Source: Caulobacteraceae bacterium (lineage in GTDB: Bacteria > Pseudomonadota > Alphaproteobacteria > Caulobacterales > Caulobacteraceae). Taken from it: 64,000 bases of DNA. The notes under the pieces are model-generated. The model saw only the letters and a program-made list of their open reading frames with translations. It did not search any database and was not told the origin of the DNA. Position 1 is the first letter of the stretch; each line of letters begins with the position of its first letter. The position numbers and the translations under genes are program-made. The DNA is taken from positions 26,930 through 90,929 of the forward strand of contig DASVBC010000005.1 of assembly GCA_036376035.1 (NCBI GenBank). Direction: 5' to 3'. Positions 9,717 through 18,813 of the stretch are shown here, one piece after another.

Positions 9717-10340
9717 TCAGGGTGTCAGGCGGGGCAGGGCGTTGATCCCGCCCAGGATGAGGTTCACGGCGAAATCGGCCGCGGTGTCGATATCGATGGG
9801 GCGCCGGTCCAGCATCTGCTGGCCGACCTCGCGCGCCACGGCGATGGCTGCGGCGGCCAGGTAGTCGGCGTCCACGCTCGGCGCATCGCCCCGCTGCATG
9901 GCGGCGATGAAGCTGTCGCGGACCTCCTCGAAGACGCGGTGCATCTCGGGGGTCTCGACCTGCATGTGCGGCTGGCGCTCGTGGACGGGCCGGCGCGCCT
10001 GCCAGCTCTCGTGCTCGTTGGCGATGAACTCGAAGTAGGCCCGGATGGCGCCGCGCAGATAGGCGGCGAAGTCCTGCGTCTTCTCGAACTGCTCGCGCAG
10101 GATCGGCCGAAAGCGCCGCGCGCCGTCGTCGGCCAGCGCCTCGAACACTTCTTCCTTGGAGCGGTAGTAGTTGTAGAAGGTCCCGCTCGCCAAACCCGTG
10201 CGGCGGATGATGTCGCGCACCGTGGCCGCCTCATAGCCCAGCTCCCCGAACACCTCGCGCGCGGCGTCGAGGATCGCTTGGCGATTGGCGACCTTGGTGC
10301 GCTCGCGCTTGCCGGTGGGAAGATAAGCAACCTGGGACAT
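9717..10340 (-). CDS. TetR/AcrR family transcriptional regulator
   Basis: AILDAAREVFGELGYEAATVRDII...GTFYNYYRSKEEV HTH. Confidence 0.93.
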   Translation of the reverse strand: MSQVAYLPTGKRERTKVANRQAILDAAREVFGELGYEAATVRDIIRRTGLASGTFYNYYRSKEEVFEALADDGARRFRPILREQFEKTQDFAAYLRGAIRAYFEFIANEHESWQARRPVHERQPHMQVETPEMHRVFEEVRDSFIAAMQRGDAPSVDADYLAAAAIAVAREVGQQMLDRRPIDIDTAADFAVNLILGGINALPRLTP

Positions 10341-10384
10341 GCTGCCTTTCGAGCGGCTTTCCGGCGTGGCGTCAACTGGCGTGG

Positions 10385-11764
10385 CTATTCCGCCGCCATC
10401 GCCACAGGCCGCTCGGCCCGCGCCTCCACCGGCAGTCTGCCGCCCGCCGCCTTCGCCCGCTTCTCGCCCGCGGCGATCTCCTTGGTCAGGTCGCGGCAGT
10501 AGAGGTTGAAGTCCACCTGAATGGTGTGGCGCTTGGAGTCGTAATACTGGCCCAGGTGCGTCGCCTCGTCTTTGGCGATCACCTTCTCCATCTCGGCCGG
10601 CGGGGGCGGCAGATACTTGCCGGTCAGATAGGCCGCCGCCAGCTTGGCCTGCTGCTCGGCGAAGTTGACCAGCGTCGGCAGCGGCTGGGCGAACCCCATG
10701 TAGAAGAGGTTGGGCACGCCCGGCTTCATCATCCGCTTGAACAGCGGCAGCCGGTGGTCGGCGTCGGCGACCAGCCCCGGGTCGTCGAAGAAGGGGAACT
10801 TCATCTCGTAGCCGGTGGCGAAGACGATGGCGTCGACCTGCTCGACGCTGTCGTCGGCGAAGCGCACCTTCTTTCCCTCGAGCGCCTTGATCGCCGGCTT
10901 GAACTTCACGTCGCCGCAGCCCGCCCGCGTCAGGAACTCGCCCGACACCGACGGGTGCGCCTCCAGCGGCTCATGGTCGGGCTTGGGCAGGCCGTAGTCC
11001 TCCATCCGCCCAAGCGATCTCTTGATCACCGAACGCGCGATGGCGAGGCCGATCTTGCGCGGCAGCCAGGGCGGCATCATCGCCTTATCCGCCGGCTTGC
11101 CGTTCATGTACTTGGGCAGCACCCACACGCCCCGCCGCGCCGACACCCACAGGTTTTTGGCGATCGGCCGCTGCGAGAGCTCCGAGGCGATATCCATCGC
11201 CGAGTTGCCCATGCCAACGACGACGATGTTCTTGCCCCGCATGTCCACCGGGTCGAACGGGTCGCGGTACTCGTGGGCGTGGAAGGCGGGCCCGTCGAAC
11301 GTGCCGGGATACTCGGGCACGCGCGGGCTCCAGTGGTGGCCGTTGCAGACGAACAGCACGTCGTAGAGACGGCTCTCGCCGGTCGACAGCGTCACCTTCC
11401 ACAGGCCGTCGGCGGTCCGCTCGGCCTTCGTCACCGCGGTGTTGAAGGTGATGGTCTCGCGCAGGCCGAAGTGATCGACGTAGTCCTTGAAGTACTGGAA
11501 GAGCTGGGCGTGGTGCGGAAAGTCCGGCCAGTCCGCCGGCACGGGAAAATCCTCGAACGCCAGCCGCCACTTCGAGGTGTCGATGTGCAGGCTCTCGTAG
11601 CAGGCGCTCATGCCGTTGGGGTTCTTGTAGTACCAGTTCCCCCCGATCTCGTCGCTCATCTCGAAGCAGTCGTAGGGAACGCCCGCGTCCTTCAGCCGCT
11701 TGGCGGTGGTGAAGCCGGAGCAGCCGGCGCCGATGATGCAGGCCTTGGGTAGGGGGGAGCCCAT
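10385..11764 (-). CDS. Flavin-containing monooxygenase (FMO type)
   Basis: IIGAGCSG, FDGPAFHAHEY (FxGxxxHxxxY), VVGMGNSA, FATGY. ATG at 11764 (MGSPLPK). Confidence 0.9.
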   Translation of the reverse strand: MGSPLPKACIIGAGCSGFTTAKRLKDAGVPYDCFEMSDEIGGNWYYKNPNGMSACYESLHIDTSKWRLAFEDFPVPADWPDFPHHAQLFQYFKDYVDHFGLRETITFNTAVTKAERTADGLWKVTLSTGESRLYDVLFVCNGHHWSPRVPEYPGTFDGPAFHAHEYRDPFDPVDMRGKNIVVVGMGNSAMDIASELSQRPIAKNLWVSARRGVWVLPKYMNGKPADKAMMPPWLPRKIGLAIARSVIKRSLGRMEDYGLPKPDHEPLEAHPSVSGEFLTRAGCGDVKFKPAIKALEGKKVRFADDSVEQVDAIVFATGYEMKFPFFDDPGLVADADHRLPLFKRMMKPGVPNLFYMGFAQPLPTLVNFAEQQAKLAAAYLTGKYLPPPPAEMEKVIAKDEATHLGQYYDSKRHTIQVDFNLYCRDLTKEIAAGEKRAKAAGGRLPVEARAERPVAMAAE

Positions 11765-11794
11765 GGCGTTTCCTCTCAATTTCAAACAACTGTA

Positions 11795-12700
11795 TCAGAC
11801 GGTGCGCTGGGCGCGATCCTTCTCGTTCGCTGACCGGATCAGATGCTTCACCTGGTCCCAGCGCTCGTCGTCCCAGGCGCGCAGGGCGCTGAAGTTGCCG
11901 CCGGTCGCCTGGAAGGCCGCGCCGTCGATGGCGATGGTCTGGCCGTTCACGTAGCCGCTCAGCGGATGCAGCAGATAGACGGCCAGGTTGGCCAGCTCGC
12001 GCATCTCGCCCACCCGGTTCATCGGATTGGAGCTCATGTCGGCGTAGGCGCTCTCCTGGCTGCCGGGGTTCAGCCGCGCGCTCATGCCCTCGGTGGGGAA
12101 GGGGCCTGGCGCGATGGCGTTGAAGCGGATGCCCTTGCCGCCCCACTCCACCGCCAGCGACTGGGTCATGGCGTTCAGCCCTGCCTTCGACATCGCCGAC
12201 GGCGTCGTGAACGGCCCGCCGTTCCACACCCAGGTCGTCAGGATCGAGATCACCGAGGCGGATTTCTTTTCGGCTATCCACCGCTTGCCGCACTCCAGCG
12301 TCACGAAGAACGAGCCGCGAAAGACGATGTTGGCGATGGCGTCGAACGCCCGCGGCGACAGGTCTTCGGTGCGGCTGATGAAGTTGCCCGCCGCGTTGTT
12401 GATCAGCCCGGTCAGCGCCCTGCCGTCAGCCCAGATCTGGTCGATCATCTCGGTGATGGCCTCCGGCACGCGGATGTCGCAGGCGATGCCGACGACCTTG
12501 CCCCCGTGCGCGTCCATCAACTCCCTGGCCGTGGCGTCCAGCACGCCCCCGCGCCGCCCGCAGATATAGACCTCCGCCCCCAGCATCAGGCAGGCCTCGG
12601 CCATCACCTTGCCCAGCCCCGTTCCCCCGCCGGTGACGAGGATCCGCTGGCCCTCCATCAACCCCGGCCGAAACATCAGATCGTCCGCTGAAAACGTCAT
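11795..12700 (-). CDS. SDR oxidoreductase, 2,4-dienoyl-CoA reductase-like
   Basis: TGGGTGLG, NNAAGNF, SAMSKAG, IAPGPFPT. Confidence 0.88.
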   Translation of the reverse strand: MTFSADDLMFRPGLMEGQRILVTGGGTGLGKVMAEACLMLGAEVYICGRRGGVLDATARELMDAHGGKVVGIACDIRVPEAITEMIDQIWADGRALTGLINNAAGNFISRTEDLSPRAFDAIANIVFRGSFFVTLECGKRWIAEKKSASVISILTTWVWNGGPFTTPSAMSKAGLNAMTQSLAVEWGGKGIRFNAIAPGPFPTEGMSARLNPGSQESAYADMSSNPMNRVGEMRELANLAVYLLHPLSGYVNGQTIAIDGAAFQATGGNFSALRAWDDERWDQVKHLIRSANEKDRAQRTV

Positions 12701-12761
12701 GGCGCTTGCTCCCTTTGACGAGCAAGTGGACGAGCCTTACGCAGCGGCGGTCAACCACCCA

Positions 12762-12852
12762 CCGCTCATCCCGGCGAAAGCCGGGACCCAGTACTTTCCA
12801 GCGGAGTGCTGCCTGGACAGCCCTGGGCCCCGGCTTTCGCCGGGGTGAGCGG
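12762..12852. repeat. REP-like inverted doublet, family B (91 bp)
   Basis: CCGCTCATCCCGGCGAAAGCCGGGACCCAG...CTGGGCCCCGGCTTTCGCCGGGGTGAGCGG. Spacer is near-identical to the reverse complement of the spacer at 29804-29894. Confidence 0.92.
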
Positions 12853-12855
12853 CAT

Positions 12856-13650
12856 TTAGAGGCGCTCCAGCAACGCCATCGCACCGTGGGGCGCGCGCAC
12901 CTTCCCCTCGTGGATGAAGAAGACGTAGACGTCGCGCGGCTTCTTGGGCGCCGCGCCGCTGATCACCGGGAGGTCGGCGGGCATACCGCCCTCCGCGAAC
13001 ACCTTGAACCGCTCGGCCCAGCGGTCGAGCTGCTCGGGCGGATAGCAGGTGTCGCACTCGTCGCTCCCGACCTGCAGCCGCGCATAGACGATGTCCGAGG
13101 TCACGTCGGCGATCATCGGGTAGGCGCCGTGCTCGGCCAGCACGATCCCCACCCCGTACCGTCGGCACAGCGCCACGAACTCGGGCGTCATGAAGCTCTC
13201 ATGCCGGGGCTCGATGACGTGCTTCAAGGCGACCCCGTCCCGCTCGGCCGGCAGCAGCTTGAAGAAGCCCTCGATGTCGGCGGCGTCGAACTTCTTGGTC
13301 GCCATCAGCTGCCAGAGGATCGGCCCCAGCTTGTCGCCAAGCTCGGTCAGCCCCTGGCCGATGAACTTCTCGATCCCCTCGCCGACACCGGCCAGTTCAC
13401 GCCGGTTGGTGCAGAACCGCGAGGCCTTCACCGCGAACCTGAACCCGTCGGGCGCGGCCGCCGCCCACTTGGCGAAGCTCTCGGGCTTTTGCGTCGAGTA
13501 GTAGGTCGAGTTGATCTCGATCGCCGTCACATGCCGGCTCGCATACGCCAGTTCCTCGGCCTGCTTCAGCCCATCTGGGTAGAACACCCCGCGCCAGGGC
13601 TCGAAGGTCCAGCCTCCGATCCCGGCGCGGATGGTTCCCCGGTCGGCCAT
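12856..13650 (-). CDS. DUF72 (YecE-like) domain protein
   Basis: GIGGWTFEPWRGVFYP, EINSTYY, FAVKASR, KLGPILWQ, EPRHESF, YARL. ATG at 13650. Confidence 0.88.
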   Translation of the reverse strand: MADRGTIRAGIGGWTFEPWRGVFYPDGLKQAEELAYASRHVTAIEINSTYYSTQKPESFAKWAAAAPDGFRFAVKASRFCTNRRELAGVGEGIEKFIGQGLTELGDKLGPILWQLMATKKFDAADIEGFFKLLPAERDGVALKHVIEPRHESFMTPEFVALCRRYGVGIVLAEHGAYPMIADVTSDIVYARLQVGSDECDTCYPPEQLDRWAERFKVFAEGGMPADLPVISGAAPKKPRDVYVFFIHEGKVRAPHGAMALLERL

Positions 13651-13652
13651 GC

Positions 13653-15308
13653 CTACCGCCGCATCGCCGCGCTGGCGTCGCGGACAGCCTTGAACTCCGA
13701 GCCTTCGCCCCACTGCGGCCAGCGGGTCGAGTTGGCGAGGTCGCGGCCCAGTTCGTGCAGCAGGTTCACGTCGGCGACCATGCCGGAGAAGTCCCAGTCC
13801 GGCGACCATTCGTCGGCGGGCTGGTGGTACATGGTCGAGGTGTAGCGGTCGGCCCAGGCCTTGCCGGCCGCCGTGCCGCCGTTGACGAGGTCGCGCCCGC
13901 CGCCGAACGAGATGGCCGGCACGCCGCGCTTGGCGAAGGAGAAGTGGTCCGAGCGGTAGAAGGAGCCCGCTTCCGGCCGCGGATCGGGCGAGAAGGTCCG
14001 GTCATGCAAGGCGCCAAACCGGATCAGGTCGTCCTTCAGCGTCAGCTCGGTCTGGCCGGAGATGCCGAAGTCCCGCGCCGGACCCACCGGCGCCAGCGCG
14101 TCGGTGTTCAGCACGGCCACCGTCTTTTCCAGCGGATAGAGGGGGTTGGCGGCGTAGTATTCGGAGCCCAGCAGGCCCTTCTCCTCGGCGGTCACGGCCA
14201 GGAAGACGACGGTGCGGTCCGTGCGCGGCTCGGCGGCATAGACCCGCGCCAGCTCCAGCAGGGCGGCCGTGCCCGTGCCGTTGTCCACGGCGCCGTTATA
14301 GATGGTGTCGCCCTTCGCATCGGGCAGCCCCACGCCGATGTGGTCCCAGTGGGCGGTGTGGATGACGTACTCGTCCGGCCGGCTGGCGCCCGTCAGCCTG
14401 GCGACCACGTTCTTGGAGACGATCACGCTGTGGTCGGTCTTGAAGGCGGTCGAGAAGGCAGCGTTCAGCGGCACGGGCTGGAAGTCGCGGCTCTGGGCGG
14501 CCTTCTTGAGCGTCTCGTAGTCGTAGCCGGCGCGGCGCAGGATGTCGGCGGCCACGTCATGCTGGATCCAGGCTTCCATGTCGGTGTGGAAGGCCCGGGG
14601 GTCCTGCCGGACAATGTCGAACTGGGTGTTGGTGTTGGAGTTCTTCACCGTCGCCCAGCCGTAGGAGGCCGGCGCGGTCTCGTGCACGATGATCAGGCCC
14701 GCCAGCCCCTGCTTGGCCGCCTCCTCGTACTTGTAGGGCCAGCGGCCATACCAGGTCATCGCCTTGCCGCCGAAGTCGCCCTGGCCGGTCTCGAAGTCGG
14801 GGTCGTTGATCAGCACGATGCCGACTTTCCCGCGCAGGTCCTGGCCCTTGTAGTCGTCCCAGTTCCGCTCCGGCGCGCGCACGCCGTAGCCAAGGAAGAC
14901 CAGCGGGGCGTCCTTCAGCGCGACGGCGTCGACGTTGGTCTGGGCGGCCCGGATGGCGATGTCGTCGCCCTGGCGCAGGTTCAGCGTCTGGCCGCCGACG
15001 GTCACCGTGGTGACGGGCAGGCCCTCGATCTCGAAGCGCCCGAGCGGCACGTCCTGGGTCCAGGTCCGCTGGCCGCCCACCAGGTCGCCGCCGGGCTCGG
15101 CGCCCACGGCCTGGAACTGCTGGATCAGGTAGGCGAGCGTTTTCTGCTCGCCGGCCGTGGCCGGGCCGCGGCCCTCGAATTCGTCGGAGGCCAGCATCTG
15201 CACGTGCCGCGACAGGCGCGCGGGATCGACCGAAACATCAGCGGGCGCGGGGAGGGTGGCGCAGGCGGCCAGCGGCGCGAAAAGGGCGGCAAGCAGAAGC
15301 TTTTTCAT
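13653..15308 (-). CDS. M28 family metallopeptidase with PA domain, probable lipoprotein
   Basis: MKKLLLAALFAPLAAC lipobox, ASDEFEGR, AHWDH, GAVDNGTG, TAEEKGLLGS, RSDHFSF, YHQPAD. Confidence 0.9.
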   Translation of the reverse strand: MKKLLLAALFAPLAACATLPAPADVSVDPARLSRHVQMLASDEFEGRGPATAGEQKTLAYLIQQFQAVGAEPGGDLVGGQRTWTQDVPLGRFEIEGLPVTTVTVGGQTLNLRQGDDIAIRAAQTNVDAVALKDAPLVFLGYGVRAPERNWDDYKGQDLRGKVGIVLINDPDFETGQGDFGGKAMTWYGRWPYKYEEAAKQGLAGLIIVHETAPASYGWATVKNSNTNTQFDIVRQDPRAFHTDMEAWIQHDVAADILRRAGYDYETLKKAAQSRDFQPVPLNAAFSTAFKTDHSVIVSKNVVARLTGASRPDEYVIHTAHWDHIGVGLPDAKGDTIYNGAVDNGTGTAALLELARVYAAEPRTDRTVVFLAVTAEEKGLLGSEYYAANPLYPLEKTVAVLNTDALAPVGPARDFGISGQTELTLKDDLIRFGALHDRTFSPDPRPEAGSFYRSDHFSFAKRGVPAISFGGGRDLVNGGTAAGKAWADRYTSTMYHQPADEWSPDWDFSGMVADVNLLHELGRDLANSTRWPQWGEGSEFKAVRDASAAMRR

Positions 15309-15379
15309 GGGGGAGACGCTCACGAACAGTGGGGGTTGTTGCAATCGTTACCGGCTCAGATTGCGCCAGCCAAGCCCGC

Positions 15380-16570
15380 TTACGCGCTGACCCGCCGCGC
15401 ATCCACGGCCCAGCGCTCCACCCGGCCGTCCTCGCCGACCACGTGCAGGGCGTCATAGAGGTTGATGGTCGGGTCGCAGTGGCCGGGTTGCAGCCAGACG
15501 ATGTCGCCGACGTTGGGCGCGTCTTCCGCCCACGGAAAGTCCTCGTTGGCGTCGGCCAGCGCGATGGCCTTGGCCGAAGTGATCGGGTCCGAGCCGCCCG
15601 CCCGCATGGCCGGCACGAAAAAGGGGTGGACGATGGCGCCGTGTTCATCGCCCATCGGCCGCCACAGCGAGCCCTCCGCCGCGCCCGCCACGACCTTGGC
15701 CGGCGGCCCGTCCACCGCCACGGCCTTGAAGCCGGCGTCGCAGGTCACGTGCGTCTTGTGGTGGGCGGAGACGACGCTGGTCGCGATGAACATCGCCGGC
15801 TCGAACGGCCATTCCGCCCCGCCAGGCGCCGCGCAGGCGCCGTACTCGACGTCCATCACCGCGTACGAGCCCGCCTGCAGCTCGTTGAACACGCCCGAGG
15901 CCAGGTCGAACGCGTGCGTTCCGGTCCCGCCGCCGGTGACGACGCCCGGGGCGAGGTTGGCGGCCCGCAGCGCTTCGACCGTCTGCGCCAGTTCGCGGAT
16001 GCCTTCCTCGTCGGCGTCCTTGCGCGCACCCGCTTCGGTGACGTGCTGGAGATGCCCGAGGTAGGCCTGCACCCCGGCGAAGTTCAGTCCGCCGGTGTCC
16101 GCCGCCGCCCGCGCCAGCGTCACCGCCTGAGAGGCGTAGGCGCCCGTCCGGTGGGTGCCGAGGTCGAGGTCGACCACGAGGTCCAGCACCACCCCCGCCG
16201 CCCGCGCCGCGTTCCCCAGCCGCGCGATCTGCTCCTCGGTGTCGGCCACGACGCCGATCTTCGCCCCGCCCTTCGCCAGCGCCGCCAGCCGGGGCGCGCC
16301 CCAGGGCGCGATGGGCGCGGTGACCAGCACATCGGCGATGGAGCCGGCCACGAACGCCTCGGCCTCGCCCACCGTCTGGGCGCACAGGCCCACAGCCCCG
16401 CGCGCCACCTGCATGCGCCCAAGCCGCGAGCACTTGTGCGTCTTGCCGTGCGCGCGCAGCCGCACGCCGGCGGCGTCGCACAGCTTCTGCATGGTGGTGA
16501 GGTTGCGCTCCAGCCTGGCGCGGTCGATGACCAGCAGCGGGGTCTGGGGCGGCGTGAAGTCCTCGAACAT
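15380..16570 (-). CDS. DSD1/D-threonine-aldolase-family PLP enzyme (fold type III)
   Basis: TPLLVID, RAHGKTHK (PLP lysine), QAYLGH, GGGTGT, ELQAGSY, DAGFKA, DEHG, PGHCDPTINLYD. Confidence 0.85.
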   Translation of the reverse strand: MFEDFTPPQTPLLVIDRARLERNLTTMQKLCDAAGVRLRAHGKTHKCSRLGRMQVARGAVGLCAQTVGEAEAFVAGSIADVLVTAPIAPWGAPRLAALAKGGAKIGVVADTEEQIARLGNAARAAGVVLDLVVDLDLGTHRTGAYASQAVTLARAAADTGGLNFAGVQAYLGHLQHVTEAGARKDADEEGIRELAQTVEALRAANLAPGVVTGGGTGTHAFDLASGVFNELQAGSYAVMDVEYGACAAPGGAEWPFEPAMFIATSVVSAHHKTHVTCDAGFKAVAVDGPPAKVVAGAAEGSLWRPMGDEHGAIVHPFFVPAMRAGGSDPITSAKAIALADANEDFPWAEDAPNVGDIVWLQPGHCDPTINLYDALHVVGEDGRVERWAVDARRVSA

Positions 16571-17535
16571 CAGATCTCTCCGGCCAGGACATGGGCATAC
16601 AGGTCAGGGTCCACGTTGCCGCCCGACAGCACGATACCGGCTGACCTTCCGGCAAGGTCAAGTTTTCCCGCCAGCAGCGCCGCCAGCGCCACGCACCCGC
16701 CCGGCTCGACCACCAGTTTCAGCGTGCCGAACGCATACCGCATCGCCTCGGCCACCTCGGCGTCGCTCACCGTCAGCACACCGGCCAGGTTTCGCTTGTT
16801 GATCTCGAAGGTGATTTTGCCGGGGGAGGGCGCCTGCAGCGCATCGCACAGCGACCGCGCCGCCGGATCGACGCTCTCCCGCCGCCCGCTGGCGAAGGAC
16901 CGCTTCGTGTCGTCGAACGCCGCCGGCTCCACGCCCCAGAACTCGGCGTCCGGAAACTGATGTCCGAACGCTATCGACGTCCCCGCGATCAGCCCGCCGC
17001 CCCCGACCGGGGCCAGCACCACGTCGAGCTTGCCGGCCTGTCGCGCCAGCTCCAGGCCGACCGTGCCCTGCCCGGCGATGACACGGACGTCGTCATAGGA
17101 GGGCACGACCACGCTGCCCCGTTCGGCGGCGATCTTGCGGGCGACGGCCTCGCGGTCTTCGGTGTAGCGGTCGTAGAGCAGCACCTCGGCGCCATAGCCG
17201 ATGGTCGCCTCGATCTTCAGCTTCGGCGCATCGCTCGGCATGACGATCAGCGCCGAGGTCCCCACCATCCGCGCCGCCAGCGCCACCCCCTGCGCGTGGT
17301 TGCCGGAGGAGAAGGCGACCACCCCGCGCGTTTTTTCGTCCTCGGTCAGCTGGCTGATGCGGTTGTAGGCGCCGCGCAGCTTGAAGGCCCCGCCCAGCTG
17401 CAGCGTCTCGGGCTTGATCACCACCCGTGCGCCCAGCCGCGCGTTCAGCGCCGGGCTCTCGATGATCGGGGTCACCACGGCCGCGCCGGCCAGCCGCTCG
17501 GCGGCTTTTTCGATGTCCTGGTATGTCACGCTCAT
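16570..17535 (-). CDS. Serine/threonine dehydratase / serine racemase family PLP enzyme (fold type II, no ACT domain)
   Basis: KPETLQLGGAFKLRGA, SSGNHAQG, VGGGGL, VVEPGG, LSGGNVD. Stop overlaps the downstream start (TGATG). Confidence 0.9.
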   Translation of the reverse strand: MSVTYQDIEKAAERLAGAAVVTPIIESPALNARLGARVVIKPETLQLGGAFKLRGAYNRISQLTEDEKTRGVVAFSSGNHAQGVALAARMVGTSALIVMPSDAPKLKIEATIGYGAEVLLYDRYTEDREAVARKIAAERGSVVVPSYDDVRVIAGQGTVGLELARQAGKLDVVLAPVGGGGLIAGTSIAFGHQFPDAEFWGVEPAAFDDTKRSFASGRRESVDPAARSLCDALQAPSPGKITFEINKRNLAGVLTVSDAEVAEAMRYAFGTLKLVVEPGGCVALAALLAGKLDLAGRSAGIVLSGGNVDPDLYAHVLAGEI

Positions 17536-17598
17536 CCGCCCGTCCTAGACCCGCGCCGAGAAAAGCGCGACGGTGCGCCGACGATTTCGGAGTTGCTC

Positions 17599-18813
17599 AT
17601 GAACGCCCTTTCCATCGACCGCGACGCCTGGACCCAGGCGGGCGAGGCCCTGCTGCCCGACGCCATCGCCCTTCGCCGCGCCATCCACGAAGAGCCGGAG
17701 CTGGGCCTGCACCTGCCCAGGACGACGGAGAAGGTGCTCAAGGCGCTGGAGGGCCTGCCGCTGGAAATCCGGCAGGGGCCGTCGACCACCGGCGTGCTGG
17801 CCATCCTGCGCGGTTCGGCCAATGGGCGCACGGTCCTGCTGCGCGGCGATATGGACGCCCTGCCGCTGGTCGAGGACACGGGCCTGGCGTTCGCCTCCCG
17901 CACCAAGGGGGCCATGCACGCCTGCGGCCATGACACCCACGTCGCCATGCTGGCCGGCGCCGCCAAGGCCCTGTGCGCCAAGCGCGACCGCCTCGCCGGC
18001 ACGGTGATGTTCATGTTCCAGCCGGGCGAGGAGGGCTGGCACGGCGCGCGCTACATGCTCGACGACGGCCTGATCGATCCGCTGCCGGACGCGGCCTTCG
18101 CCCTGCACATCAGCCCCAACATGCCGACCGGCGTGTTCGCCAGCCGCACCGGCCCGCTGCTGGCCTCGTCCGACACCATCACCATCAAGATCACCGGCGC
18201 GGGCGGCCACGCCTCCATGCCGCACGACGCGGTGGATCCGATCCCCGTCGCCTGCGAGATCGTCACCGCGTTGCAGGCCTTCATCACCCGCCGCATCTCG
18301 GTGTTTGACCCGGCGGTGATCACCATCGCCCACATCGACGCGGGGACGACCACCAACATCATCCCGGAGACCGCCACCATGCGCGGCACCCTGCGGACGC
18401 TGTCGGAGCACAGCCGCACCAAGGCGCACGAGGGCATCGTCCAGCTGGCCAACGGCATCGCCGCCGCCCACGGCTGCACGGCGAGCGCGGAGATCGAGCG
18501 GGGCTTTCCCGTCACGGTCTGCGACGGCCGCGCGGTGGATCTGGCCGAGCGCACGGCCAAGACCCTCTATGGCGAGGGCGCCTGGATCACCATGCCCAAC
18601 CCGATGATGGGGGCGGAGGACTTCTCCTACGTGCTCAACAAGGTCCCCGGCGCCATGGCCTTCATCGGCGGCGCGCCGGTCGAGGCGGCGGACTTCCGCT
18701 ACTGCTGCGCCCTGCACTCCAACCGCATGGTGATCGAGGAGGCGGTGATGGCCCGCGGCATCGCCATGCACTGCGCCTTCGCCGAGGCCGTGCTGGCCGG
18801 CGAGATGGCCTAG
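17599..18813 (+). CDS. M20D amidohydrolase (hippurate hydrolase / N-acyl amino acid amidohydrolase family)
   Basis: ATG at 17599. HEEPELG, LLRGDMDALP, MHACGHD, FQPGEEG, GGHASMPH, MGAEDFS, LHS. Confidence 0.9.
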   Translation: MNALSIDRDAWTQAGEALLPDAIALRRAIHEEPELGLHLPRTTEKVLKALEGLPLEIRQGPSTTGVLAILRGSANGRTVLLRGDMDALPLVEDTGLAFASRTKGAMHACGHDTHVAMLAGAAKALCAKRDRLAGTVMFMFQPGEEGWHGARYMLDDGLIDPLPDAAFALHISPNMPTGVFASRTGPLLASSDTITIKITGAGGHASMPHDAVDPIPVACEIVTALQAFITRRISVFDPAVITIAHIDAGTTTNIIPETATMRGTLRTLSEHSRTKAHEGIVQLANGIAAAHGCTASAEIERGFPVTVCDGRAVDLAERTAKTLYGEGAWITMPNPMMGAEDFSYVLNKVPGAMAFIGGAPVEAADFRYCCALHSNRMVIEEAVMARGIAMHCAFAEAVLAGEMA

